64,000 nt of DNA from an uncultured Desulfatitalea sp. (lineage in GTDB: Bacteria; Desulfobacterota; Desulfobacteria; Desulfobacterales; Desulfosarcinaceae): positions 2,592,001-2,656,000 of the forward strand of contig CAXXMB010000002.1 in assembly GCA_963668675.2 (NCBI GenBank), given 5' to 3'. The position numbers and the translations under genes were made by a program. Shown here one piece after another: positions 19,037 to 28,804 of the stretch. Each line of letters opens with the position of its first letter. Positions within the stretch are counted from its first letter, which is position 1. The notes below the pieces were generated by a model. That model was not told the DNA's origin. It made no database searches and was given only the letters and a program-made list of their open reading frames with translations.

Positions 19037-21481
19037 ATGGTGAATATCACTCGGTTTTTCAAAAACGAAGATAATGGAAGCACCGGACAGGTGCTGCCCC
19101 TGCTGCCGCTGCGTGACATCGTCATCTTTCCGCAGATGGTCGCCCCCCTGTTCGTGGGGCGCCCCAAATCGGTTGCGGCACTCTCAGACGCCATGAATGC
19201 GGCGGACAAGTACATCTTTCTCTCCACCCAGCGCAGCGTCAATGTGGACAACCCCGGCGAAAAGGACATCAGCCGCGTTGGGGTCATCGGTACAGTGCTT
19301 CAACTGTTGCGGCTGCCCGATGGCACCGTCAAAGCCCTTGTGGAGGGCAAACAGAGGGCGCAGGTGCGCCGCTTTATCAAAGCCGATGAGTTTTTTCAGG
19401 TGGAGTTGGAGGCCATCCCCGATGTGGTCGCCTCCGAACCCGAAGCCGAAGCCCTTGCCCGGAAGGTCAAGGCGAGCTTCGAAGCCTATGCCAAGGTCAA
19501 CAAAAACATCGCCAAAGATCTGATTGCCAAAGTCTCCGCCATTGATGACCACGCCAAGCTGGCCGACGTCGTAGCATCCCATTTTTCATTTAAAATCGAA
19601 GATAAACAGCGTCTTCTGGAGACAACGCCGGTGGAACGGCGCCTCGATCTGCTCGTCGAACTGATCAGTCTGGAGATCGAAGTGTTCCGGATGGATCAGC
19701 GCATCAAGGGACGTATCAAAGAGCAGATGGAGAAGACCCAGAAAAACTACTATCTCAACGAGCAGATGCGCGCCATCCGCAAGGAGATGGGTGCCGAGGA
19801 CGAGGCCGCCGACGAGCTGCAGGAGCTGGAAAAGCGCATCAAGCGCAAGCGTATGCCGCGTGAAGCCGCCGGTAAGACGCGGCAGGAGTTTAAAAAGCTT
19901 AAGCTGATGACCCCCATGTCAGCCGAGGCTACTGTGGTGCGCAACTACATCGAGTGGATCATCAGCCTGCCCTGGTTCGAGCGCAGCCGCACCCACATCG
20001 ATATCAACGACGCCGAACGTATCCTCAATGAGGATCATTATGGATTGGAAAAGCCCAAGGAGCGCATCCTCGAATACCTGGCCGTGCAGTCTCTGGTCAA
20101 AAAGATCCGTGGCCCCATCCTTTGCCTGGTCGGCCCTCCCGGCGTCGGTAAAACCTCCCTGGCCCGTTCGGTGGCCCGCGCCACCGGCCGGCGATTCGTA
20201 CGTCTGTCGTTGGGTGGGGTGCGCGACGAGGCCGAGATCCGAGGACATCGTCGCACTTACATCGGCGCCCTGCCCGGCAAAATCATCCAATCGCTCAAAA
20301 AGGCGGGAGCCAACAACCCGGTCTTCTGCCTCGACGAAGTGGACAAGATGAGCATGGATTTTCGCGGAGACCCAAGCGCTGCGCTGTTGGAGGTGCTCGA
20401 TCCCGAACAGAACTACGCCTTCAACGACCACTACCTCGATATCGATTACGATCTATCCGAAATCCTATTCATTACCACTGCCAACACCCTTCCGGACATC
20501 CCCCTGCCACTGCAGGACCGCATGGAGATCATCCGCCTGCCCGGCTATACCGAGCACGAAAAATACAACATCGCCAAAGAGTTCCTGGTGCCCAAGCAGA
20601 TCAAACTCAACGGGCTGACGCCCGAACAGATCTCCATCAGCGAAGGGGCCGTCTACATGGTGATCAATCGTTACACCCGTGAAGCCGGCGTGCGCAACCT
20701 GGAACGTGAAATAGCCGGCATCTGCCGGAAAGTGGCCCGTCACGTGGTCAAGACCCAGAGCGACAAGATGGTGCGCGTCACCGAACAGAGTGTGGCCAAG
20801 TACCTTGGTCCACCAAAGTTTAAAAAGACAGAGATCGAAGAAGAGGATCAGGTCGGCATGGCCACCGGCATGGCCTGGACCCAGGTGGGCGGTGAGTTGC
20901 TCTTTGTCGAAACCCTCACCATGCCCGGCCGCGGAAACGTGACGGTTACCGGAAAGCTGGGCGACGTGATGAAAGAGTCGGCCCAGGCCGCCATCAGCTT
21001 CGTGCGCTCGCGGGCCGACCTGCTCAACATCGATAACAAGTTCCACCGCAAACTTGACCTGCACATCCACATTCCCGAAGGCGCCATTCCCAAGGACGGC
21101 CCATCGGCCGGCATCGCCATGTGCACCTCGGTCATCTCGGCCCTCACCAAGCGGCCCGCCCGCCGCGAGGTCTCCATGACCGGCGAGATTACCCTGCGCG
21201 GGCGCGTGCTGCCCATCGGCGGGCTCAAGGAGAAGATCATTGCAGCCCACCGCGGCGGCATCAAGAAGATCATCATTCCCAAAGAGAACGAGAAAGATAT
21301 TCGGGACATCCCGGCCATGATCGTCAAGCAGGTGGAGATCGTCAGCGTCGAGCACATGGACGAAGTACTGCCCCACGCCCTGGTCCTGGCCGAAGGCGAA
21401 AGCCTCTTCGCCAACCAGGACGTCCATTTCGATATGGGCACAGTGGAAAACCCCTCCGACAAACACGCGCCGATCAATTAG
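19037..21481 (+). CDS. lon: Lon protease (endopeptidase La)
   Basis: LPLRD N-domain, GPPGVGKT, PKDGPSAG (catalytic Ser) and IGGLKEK. Confidence 0.98.
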   Translation: MVNITRFFKNEDNGSTGQVLPLLPLRDIVIFPQMVAPLFVGRPKSVAALSDAMNAADKYIFLSTQRSVNVDNPGEKDISRVGVIGTVLQLLRLPDGTVKALVEGKQRAQVRRFIKADEFFQVELEAIPDVVASEPEAEALARKVKASFEAYAKVNKNIAKDLIAKVSAIDDHAKLADVVASHFSFKIEDKQRLLETTPVERRLDLLVELISLEIEVFRMDQRIKGRIKEQMEKTQKNYYLNEQMRAIRKEMGAEDEAADELQELEKRIKRKRMPREAAGKTRQEFKKLKLMTPMSAEATVVRNYIEWIISLPWFERSRTHIDINDAERILNEDHYGLEKPKERILEYLAVQSLVKKIRGPILCLVGPPGVGKTSLARSVARATGRRFVRLSLGGVRDEAEIRGHRRTYIGALPGKIIQSLKKAGANNPVFCLDEVDKMSMDFRGDPSAALLEVLDPEQNYAFNDHYLDIDYDLSEILFITTANTLPDIPLPLQDRMEIIRLPGYTEHEKYNIAKEFLVPKQIKLNGLTPEQISISEGAVYMVINRYTREAGVRNLEREIAGICRKVARHVVKTQSDKMVRVTEQSVAKYLGPPKFKKTEIEEEDQVGMATGMAWTQVGGELLFVETLTMPGRGNVTVTGKLGDVMKESAQAAISFVRSRADLLNIDNKFHRKLDLHIHIPEGAIPKDGPSAGIAMCTSVISALTKRPARREVSMTGEITLRGRVLPIGGLKEKIIAAHRGGIKKIIIPKENEKDIRDIPAMIVKQVEIVSVEHMDEVLPHALVLAEGESLFANQDVHFDMGTVENPSDKHAPIN

Positions 21482-21504
21482 AAAAGACACCACCACAAAG
21501 AGTG

Positions 21505-21535
21505 AAAGGGCGGGGTTCAACCCGCCCTCTTTTTT
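21505..21535 (+). terminator. Rho-independent terminator after lon
   Basis: AGGGCGGG / CCCGCCCT stem followed by a T-run. Confidence 0.8.
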
Positions 21536-21699
21536 GGGCTGCATGATGAAGAAAGAGCATCATTGACATCCGCTCCGCTTTCTGCTTCTGACACATTCGG
21601 CGTTCAGATCGGCAAACGCTCGTCCCTTCCTTCGTTCGGCTGTAAAACTGTTACCCATGATAGTTATTTTTAAGAAGGGCTATGGTTCACAAAGATCGA

Positions 21700-23667
21700 T
21701 CAAGGTGACACGTTAAGGGCATGTTCCCCAGGCGTGTCCGGCAAAGGTGGGGCGCAGGGCAGAAAGACATGCACGGTCGTGCCGAGCCCCTCCTCTGAAT
21801 CCACATAGATGTATCCTTCGTGGTTTTTGATGATGCCGTAGGAGGCGGCCATACCCATCCCGCGTCCCAGGAATTTGGTGGTGAAAAAAGGGTCGAAAAT
21901 CTTCGCACATGCATCCGGGGACATACCTATGCCATTGTCGGTAACGCACAAACCCGCATATTCACCGATCGGCAAGCCGTGGAAGACTTCCGCCGCAGTA
22001 TCATCGATACAGGCACGATAGGTCTCAATGTGAATAATGCCGTTCTCCTTTATGGCTTCGGCCGCGTTGCCGATCACCTCCCTGAGCACCATGCTCAGTT
22101 GCACGGAATCTCCCTCGATATCAGGGGACTCTTTGGCGAACTTGGTTTCGATCACGATTTTTTTATCGCCGGTGTCACCTATGAGATGGGCGGCATCGCG
22201 CGCTAACTTTTGCAAGGTGTTCCGGCTGGCCTGATATCGGCCGCCGCGTGCATAGGCCAGCAGCTGCTGGGTCAGACCGGCCATGAATTCCACAGATTTA
22301 AGCATGGAGCCACAGTAGCGACTCACCTGGGGATTGTCGGGAAAGCAAAACTGCAACAGATCCACGTTTCCGGTGATCGCCGAAAGCTTGTTGTTGAATT
22401 GATGGGCAATGCCGCTGGCAAGGGCGCCGATGGCTTCCATTTTCTGGATCTGGCCGACGGCGGCCTCGATCTTTTTGCGCCCCGTGATATCCCGCAGAAA
22501 GTTGAGCGTGGCCGGTTGTCCCTCCCACTGGGTCAGTACGGAATTGATCTCCACCCAAAGGTTGGTGCCCTGGGCAGTAATGATTTTGAACGAATAGGAA
22601 CTGGGGGCCGGTTCACCAGCCAGCCGTTGCCGGTAGCGACCGGAGACCAGTTCGACATCGTCCGGGTGAACCAGGTCGAAAAGGGGTGATTCAAGCAGTT
22701 CGTCGCGTGTAAATCCGCTTAGCGTTGACAGAGCGTCATTGGGGAAAAGGATGCGGCCGTCCTTGGCAATAAATATGGCTTCACTGGCATTTTCAAAAAG
22801 CACGCGATACTGTTTTTCCGACTCGCGCAGGGCTGTTTCGATTTTGATGCGTTCATCGATCTCCTTCCTGAGTCGCCGGTTGACCACAACCAGCTCTTCG
22901 GTGCGCTCGTGCACCAAATCCTCCAGACGAAGGCGGTGGCGTTCCAGCTCCGAACGGGCATTCTCATGGGCGATGATCATGGCCATCCTGCTGGCCACAG
23001 TATCGGTCAGATTCCTGGCATTTTCCAAATATTTGTCATCCTCGTCGACAGCTTCGGACAAAACGATTTCCAGCCGCCCCGAAGTACTGCCGTCTTCGGA
23101 GAGAATATCCCTGTTTATCTTGATGCCTTTATCTTCTCCTTCCCGGTCTCCAAACTGATGGCCCTGGTAAAAAAGGCGGACCTTTGTGCCGGTTCCGAAA
23201 CCGATCTCTTGGAGTATGCTGGTGGTCCTTCTGAAAATCTCGTCCAGGGATAGGGTCTCTCGCTCACGCAGCCGGTTGATGGCGGCAAGGCAGCTCAGGG
23301 CGCGCACCCGATTCTGCAGATCCGCGGCCTGGCCGGCCAAGGCGGACTGAGTGGAAAATATTCTATTTCTCAAAAATACGACTACGTATGAGACCAAGAA
23401 GAACATGCAGACGCGGAAAAAGTTATCGAGGCCGGAGGAGGGGATATTGCCTATCCAGTGGCAACCGATTAGCAGGAGACTGAGGATCAAGGCCGCTACA
23501 ATTCCGGTGCTCCCCCACCACAACGAGCTGAGAATAATAGGGATATAAAATAGGTGCGTAAAAACGGTGGCCCGTTCCAACACCAAGTGGAAATAGATCG
23601 TCAGCATGGCGGCGGCAATCAGCATGATTGCCATGGCCAAGATCTTTGTCCGATCGCTCACGTTCAT
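21700..23667 (-). CDS. Membrane PAS-domain sensor histidine kinase
   Basis: N-terminal TM helices, PAS domain, H-box IAHQFNN, N-box, DNGIG, FDPFFTTK and GRGMG. Confidence 0.92.
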   Translation of the reverse strand: MNVSDRTKILAMAIMLIAAAMLTIYFHLVLERATVFTHLFYIPIILSSLWWGSTGIVAALILSLLLIGCHWIGNIPSSGLDNFFRVCMFFLVSYVVVFLRNRIFSTQSALAGQAADLQNRVRALSCLAAINRLRERETLSLDEIFRRTTSILQEIGFGTGTKVRLFYQGHQFGDREGEDKGIKINRDILSEDGSTSGRLEIVLSEAVDEDDKYLENARNLTDTVASRMAMIIAHENARSELERHRLRLEDLVHERTEELVVVNRRLRKEIDERIKIETALRESEKQYRVLFENASEAIFIAKDGRILFPNDALSTLSGFTRDELLESPLFDLVHPDDVELVSGRYRQRLAGEPAPSSYSFKIITAQGTNLWVEINSVLTQWEGQPATLNFLRDITGRKKIEAAVGQIQKMEAIGALASGIAHQFNNKLSAITGNVDLLQFCFPDNPQVSRYCGSMLKSVEFMAGLTQQLLAYARGGRYQASRNTLQKLARDAAHLIGDTGDKKIVIETKFAKESPDIEGDSVQLSMVLREVIGNAAEAIKENGIIHIETYRACIDDTAAEVFHGLPIGEYAGLCVTDNGIGMSPDACAKIFDPFFTTKFLGRGMGMAASYGIIKNHEGYIYVDSEEGLGTTVHVFLPCAPPLPDTPGEHALNVSP

Positions 23668-24128
23668 CGACGCCCCCTTCTGCTATTGGCAGGACAGCGA
23701 CCTGTCATAGACGAATACAAACCCTCTGCCGTTTATTGCGCCTTGAGGAAAGGGTCGGCTTTCAAGATTCTATTTAATTGATTTATTTGAGCGACACAAG
23801 AGGAGCTGATGCAGATAAAGAAAGCTTCTGCGGTGGGATCTGTCGAACTTCGGACGAGTTGTCGAACATGGAGCAGGAGAAGGCACCCGGATTTGGACTA
23901 TCCGTTCAGGCACGCTATCGGAGTAATCCATACAGTTCGCCGGACCTGTTTTTAGTATTAACCTGTTATGTGTGAGATGTTCTTGGTAGATTGTGCGCCC
24001 GTTGCCGTCAGTGACAATAGCAGCAAAAGGATCACACAGCAAAGAAGGGTACCGCCCAAAATGATCAAGCAGTTAAAATATGAGCAGGCACTTCATTGGT
24101 GTATATAGGACGGGTGTACATCGGAAGT

Positions 24129-24168
24129 AGAATTCACATCCGCCTTTCTATTGACGGATGTGAATTCT
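24129..24168 (-). terminator. 14-bp stem hairpin downstream of the flavin oxidoreductase gene
   Basis: AGAATTCACATCCG / CGGATGTGAATTCT perfect inverted repeat just after the stop at 24175. Confidence 0.6.
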
Positions 24169-24174
24169 CTATTT

Positions 24175-25290
24175 TTATCCCTTAAAATTCTTCGACAGAT
24201 TCGCAAAGGCTTCTTCCGCTTCTTTCACGATTCTCTGTACCAATTCATCAACTGTTGGCATATCATTGATCCGCTGGGCAACCTCACCGCCGGCCATCAT
24301 GGCCTTTTCCTTGTCACCCTCGTATACCGCCTTGATTGACTCGTTCTCGAATTCAATAAGCGACATATCTTCCATGCTTTGGTAACTATCAGGCGTGCCG
24401 AGGTACACACCAGGTGATTTCTTAAGGGTGTTTACTGCATGCTCTTCACTTCGGGGGGTTCTCAACCACCGGGCCGGGCCTACATAACCACGTGCGACCA
24501 GAGTTCCACGATCTTGTGCGTCCACAACGGCTTGCTTCCAGAGCTGCGGGAAATCGCTTTCCTGTGTTGCGAGGAAGCGGGTTCCAATCAACGCTCCGTC
24601 ACAGCCCAAAGCCAGGGTGGCTGCCAAGCTCTTCCCGTCACCGACTCCTCCACCACCGACCACAAGCGTATTTTCATCAGAGACGGCTTCGGCCACGGCG
24701 GGAAAAAGCACCATAGAGTGAAGCGGTTCCCAGTGTGTATGAAAGCCGCCTTCATGACCTGAAGCGACGATTACATCAACCCCAGCCTTTTTACAGCGAT
24801 GAGCTGCTCTAACGGAGGGGATGATATGAACCCAGGTAAATCCGGCCTTTTTGATCATGTCGCCCCAGCCCATTGGGTCACCGGCTGACGTGTACATCAC
24901 CTTAAGGGTGTTTTTCATTTCGGGATTTTCTTCCCGTACCCTGATGGCCGTTTCGATCATAATTTTTGAGTACTCTTTAAGCTCCGCCGATACCATCACA
25001 TTGGGACCGAAAACGCCGCCCTTGTCTTTCACCAAGCGGTGGGTTCGCTTCAGGACCGATGCCAGCACTGTGCCCATATCGTCATCGCGGTTCGCCTCCC
25101 CGGTGTCGCAAAAGGCGTTATAGATCCAAGGCTGGTCATTTTTGTTGAAGAGACCGCTGGTGGAAAGAAGCCCGAGCACGCCCGCGTTGGCAGCGGCCAC
25201 ACACAGATTGTTGTTGCTGAAAGGGCCCATGCCCGCCTGGATGATAGGATACTTGATGCCGATTAGCTCACATAGCCTAGATTTGATCAT
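24175..25290 (-). CDS. Nitronate monooxygenase / FabK-like flavin oxidoreductase
   Basis: YPIIQAGMG, SGHEGGFH, GGGVGDG, GTRFLATQES and GEVAQRI motifs. Confidence 0.88.
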   Translation of the reverse strand: MIKSRLCELIGIKYPIIQAGMGPFSNNNLCVAAANAGVLGLLSTSGLFNKNDQPWIYNAFCDTGEANRDDDMGTVLASVLKRTHRLVKDKGGVFGPNVMVSAELKEYSKIMIETAIRVREENPEMKNTLKVMYTSAGDPMGWGDMIKKAGFTWVHIIPSVRAAHRCKKAGVDVIVASGHEGGFHTHWEPLHSMVLFPAVAEAVSDENTLVVGGGGVGDGKSLAATLALGCDGALIGTRFLATQESDFPQLWKQAVVDAQDRGTLVARGYVGPARWLRTPRSEEHAVNTLKKSPGVYLGTPDSYQSMEDMSLIEFENESIKAVYEGDKEKAMMAGGEVAQRINDMPTVDELVQRIVKEAEEAFANLSKNFKG

Positions 25291-25472
25291 GACTGTCGCC
25301 TCATTATGGGTAAAATGTTAATCCATGGTTATTAAACGTAGAAAATTCTTAGCAGGAGGGTGCAAAGCTTGTCAACGAAAAATAGCGAACGCTTGTTATA
25401 TTTTGAACTAAAACGAGTTAAAGAACACCGGTATAATATAGAATGAATTCGGAATGAGGATCATACGAATGA

Positions 25473-25580
25473 GGGTCCAACATTGAATTGTGAATATGAA
25501 ATTTGGGTCTGTGCCAGAGCGATCCGATAAAGGTGTAACGCAACACTCATACAGCTAACTCACAATTCAATGTTGGACCC
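25473..25580. repeat. ~108-bp miniature inverted-repeat element, copy 1
   Basis: Perfect 21-bp TIR GGGTCCAACATTGAATTGTGA / TCACAATTCAATGTTGGACCC. Confidence 0.8.
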
Positions 25581-25598
25581 ATTGGCACAGCTATGCAG

Positions 25599-26510
25599 CT
25601 ATGCGAAAAAGAAACGACCGATGAAAAGGCCGGCAGCCAACAAGACTGGAGTAGTAAGTGTGATGATCACATTCCGGCTCATGTACGGCAGTAGGGCCTC
25701 AGGTTCCGATTCGCAATGCCTGGCCACGCCTACGGCTGTCTTTACCGCCAGCGGTGCAGTTATAAGAGCGGCCATCGCTGTTGCGGGAAACCAGCCCATC
25801 AGCCATGCACCCGCCACCGAAAGATAGGTGCCTGCCAGGAAAATCCCATAAACGGCGGCACCAGTGCGTCTACCGTATGCGATCATCAGATGGCGCCGCC
25901 CGACCTGCGCATCCGGTTCGATATCCGGAAACTGGTTGATCAGCAGCAGATTGCTCACCAGGAAGAACGGGGTCAACGACGCGGCCAAAGCTGTTGGGCC
26001 GCAGGTTCCGGTCAAAACGAAATCAACACCCATGACCATGCAAGGGCCGAATCCAATGCCTGGAGCGAGAAGACACAACAACGGATCCCGCGTAAGCCAA
26101 CGGGTGTAGAGAAAAATGGCCAAGACGCCGGGTATGCCGATCCACAGCAGCCCGTAACCCCGAAGCCAGACAAAGTAGAGCCCGACGAGGACGGTCAAAC
26201 CAAGTGTGACCACTCCCATCGCCAACACCCAGACGGCCTTTTCCGGATTTGCCGGTAGCGTGCCGCTCCCTCCGGAAAACGGCGTGCGCATCGTCCGGAA
26301 ATCGAGGCGCGACTTGAAATCCTCGTATTCATTGATGGCATTGACGCTGATATGAGCGCAGATCCCACCGGCAAGGGCGATCAGAAACCACTTCAGGCGA
26401 AAAGCGCCTGCGCTATAAAATGCGGTCCCGGCCCCTAAAACCACGCAGGCCGGTGTCAACAGTAGAAATGGGACCCGCATGGGCCCGAAAAGGAAGGATA
26501 GGTGCTTCAT
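25599..26510 (-). CDS. UbiA-family prenyltransferase (MenA-like)
   Basis: NAINEYEDFK...D, PFSGGSG and NQFPDIEPD...GRR motifs with multiple TM segments. Confidence 0.88.
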   Translation of the reverse strand: MKHLSFLFGPMRVPFLLLTPACVVLGAGTAFYSAGAFRLKWFLIALAGGICAHISVNAINEYEDFKSRLDFRTMRTPFSGGSGTLPANPEKAVWVLAMGVVTLGLTVLVGLYFVWLRGYGLLWIGIPGVLAIFLYTRWLTRDPLLCLLAPGIGFGPCMVMGVDFVLTGTCGPTALAASLTPFFLVSNLLLINQFPDIEPDAQVGRRHLMIAYGRRTGAAVYGIFLAGTYLSVAGAWLMGWFPATAMAALITAPLAVKTAVGVARHCESEPEALLPYMSRNVIITLTTPVLLAAGLFIGRFFFA

Positions 26511-27187
26511 TGTTTTCCTGTTTCTTGTGACAGCGCTTTTTTAATGGCTGCCGCCAGGGCGGCCCGATGCAGATCGGCAGCCAGGTGGACCGGGCTCTTG
26601 CCACCAATTGGATCCCAGTTCGACGGGTCGGCCGTACAAAAAAATTGGGTCTCCAGGCCGATGCGTGCCAACGCTTCATCGACGTTACTTCCCTTAAGGT
26701 GTTGAGCGGCCTCCCAGGTCGCACCACAGGGTGCGCCGCGCCGCACATGTATCGCTACGATTTTGCCTTCTTTTACCGTTGCATCGAACTCCGGTGTGCC
26801 GAAGCAGAGGGAATAGCGACCAAGGTCTGCGTGGTGAGCCAATGCGCAACAGACCGGCGGAGTATGCGTGTTGGACACGGTCGTTTTTTTGCCGGAAGCC
26901 ACAATGGGGATTCCCAACCGCCGACACAGCCGGGACAAATCGTGGGAAAGGTCCGGATGCTTTAAATAGTCAAGCACCAGATCAGCCTCGATGGTATCCG
27001 GCAGGTATTCCGATGTGTCATCTATCACCAACTCCATGGAACGATCTATATTGATCAGGGTGATATCGAATTGATCCCGCCCATAGCGCCGGATCCCTTT
27101 CACTTTACTTTCACCGAGGTTTTCCTGTTGGAAAACCATGATTTTAAATGGCCTGTCAATACGATCGGTGCCCTTTTTGCCTTTCAT
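26507..27187 (-). CDS. DUF166-like hypothetical protein
   Basis: HPDL, PPVCCAL, FGTPEF, RGAPCGAT and CTAD motifs. ATGA overlap with the prenyltransferase gene. Start uncertain. Confidence 0.7.
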   Translation of the reverse strand: MKGKKGTDRIDRPFKIMVFQQENLGESKVKGIRRYGRDQFDITLINIDRSMELVIDDTSEYLPDTIEADLVLDYLKHPDLSHDLSRLCRRLGIPIVASGKKTTVSNTHTPPVCCALAHHADLGRYSLCFGTPEFDATVKEGKIVAIHVRRGAPCGATWEAAQHLKGSNVDEALARIGLETQFFCTADPSNWDPIGGKSPVHLAADLHRAALAAAIKKALSQETGKQ

Positions 27188-27415
27188 CAACGCACGCCCT
27201 TTTACCGTGAGAGATGATAATCTGATCGAGACGATCTGCTCCGTAAGCGCATTTTGGTTACTCCAGAGGGCGAACCTTAACGCAAAGTCCGCAGTCAACA
27301 CAAGTGGTCGTCTTCGCAAACAGTTGTTCATCACGAAAAGGCAATCACCGGAAATGCACCGTTCGGTGCACTCCCCGAGACAAATGGCGACGACAGACGA
27401 TGGGGGCCAACGATG

Positions 27416-27522
27416 GGGTCAATCCTTGATGTGTGAATAAGATACCATAGTCTTGATATAGCGATGCGATAAAGGGTTACTGCTCATACTATATAGTCAA
27501 TTCACAATTCAAGGTTTGACCC
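27416..27522. repeat. ~107-bp miniature inverted-repeat element, copy 2 (diverged)
   Basis: Ends GGGTCAATCCTTGATGTGTGAAT / ATTCACAATTCAAGGTTTGACCC. Internal AGCGAT.CGATAAAGG is shared with copy 1. Confidence 0.72.
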
Positions 27523-27631
27523 TCCTTACAGTCTACTGATAAAGGATTAATGCGTAAAAACGTTGACTTGGATTTCCGTCTGCCGATTGAAAATGTCAAG
27601 CTGCCCAACCTGACCAGGAGTGGAAACTACC

Positions 27632-28804
27632 ATGAACTTGTCCTCCCTTCCGTACGTTGTCCATCACAGCAAGCCCCGGTTCGAAAAGCAGTTTTTTTTC
27701 CTTATAAAAGAACCCCTGACCGTTCTCCTTTTGGTGCTCTGTCTGCTGGGCGGCGGATGGCCGGCTTGGGCCGGTCCGGCTGAAAAAGCAATGCCGGCAT
27801 CCACCGGCACCTACCCCGGTTTCAAACCGTCGGCCAGGAAGGCGGCGCAGCTGGCCCCACTGATGGTGTCCGCCTCACGTTTCAAGTCGCTGGCGCGCAC
27901 CGATTTTGAAAAGGCGCTGCTGGTGTATACCCGGGAAGACGGCCGGAAAAAATTGTGGGCCCTGGATCGGGAGCTGTGGGACATCGAACTGTCCCAATGG
28001 GCCTGGACGCAGTTTTTCGGCGCCGCGGTTCCGGTGATAGGCGGCCGGCAGGGCCGATATGACCTGGTGGGCTACTACAACCCTTACAGCGATGTGTTTC
28101 TCATCACCGTTTGGCAGCAGGGCCGCACCTTCCATCAGATCGTGGATGCCCAAATGCTCATGGGCGACTGGGTGCGCGCGGACACAGATGAACTGGACCT
28201 GATCCCACTGTGGCGCCGAAAACCGATTCACCGGCCGGCGGCTCTGGGCCTGGCCACGGCCCGGTCCTTGCTGGCCTTTGAAAAGGCCTTTGCATCGGCC
28301 GACCGGGACAACTGGCGCAGCCGGCTCCCCATCCTGAAAGACGAAGCGGCGCTCAAGCAACTGAATGATCCGTTTATGGCCCTGATGCTCAATGGGCAAC
28401 TGATCAATGTGGGAGAGATCCTCGCTCCGGATCCCGACGCCAAGACCCTGCAGACCTGCCGCGATATCACCGCCGAGGTGGTCAAGCGGGCGGTCGACGG
28501 AAAGCTCGAGCCGATGCTTTTTCTCATGGCGGACACCCTGCCCGGCACGGCCAGGGATCTGAAAGCCATCCCCCCCGAATGGTTCGCCGGACTGAAGACC
28601 ACCGGCGTTCTTACCGCCTCGCAAGGGGTGCTGGTGTTCCTTTCGCCGACGGAACAGACCACCGCCAGCCTCTGCCTCTATTTCAGCACGCAGGGCAAAA
28701 GGGTGGACATCCGGCGCATCGATCTTGTGGACTACCGCAAGTTCTACAGCGAACTCAAAGCCGATCCATCCGGGGCTTCAGGGAAAGGAGGCCGCCATGA
28801 ATAA
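27632..28804 (+). CDS. Hypothetical exported protein
   Basis: Long GC3-rich ORF with a hydrophobic segment ending PAWA. RBS AGGAG. Stop overlaps the next gene start. Confidence 0.7.
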   Translation: MNLSSLPYVVHHSKPRFEKQFFFLIKEPLTVLLLVLCLLGGGWPAWAGPAEKAMPASTGTYPGFKPSARKAAQLAPLMVSASRFKSLARTDFEKALLVYTREDGRKKLWALDRELWDIELSQWAWTQFFGAAVPVIGGRQGRYDLVGYYNPYSDVFLITVWQQGRTFHQIVDAQMLMGDWVRADTDELDLIPLWRRKPIHRPAALGLATARSLLAFEKAFASADRDNWRSRLPILKDEAALKQLNDPFMALMLNGQLINVGEILAPDPDAKTLQTCRDITAEVVKRAVDGKLEPMLFLMADTLPGTARDLKAIPPEWFAGLKTTGVLTASQGVLVFLSPTEQTTASLCLYFSTQGKRVDIRRIDLVDYRKFYSELKADPSGASGKGGRHE

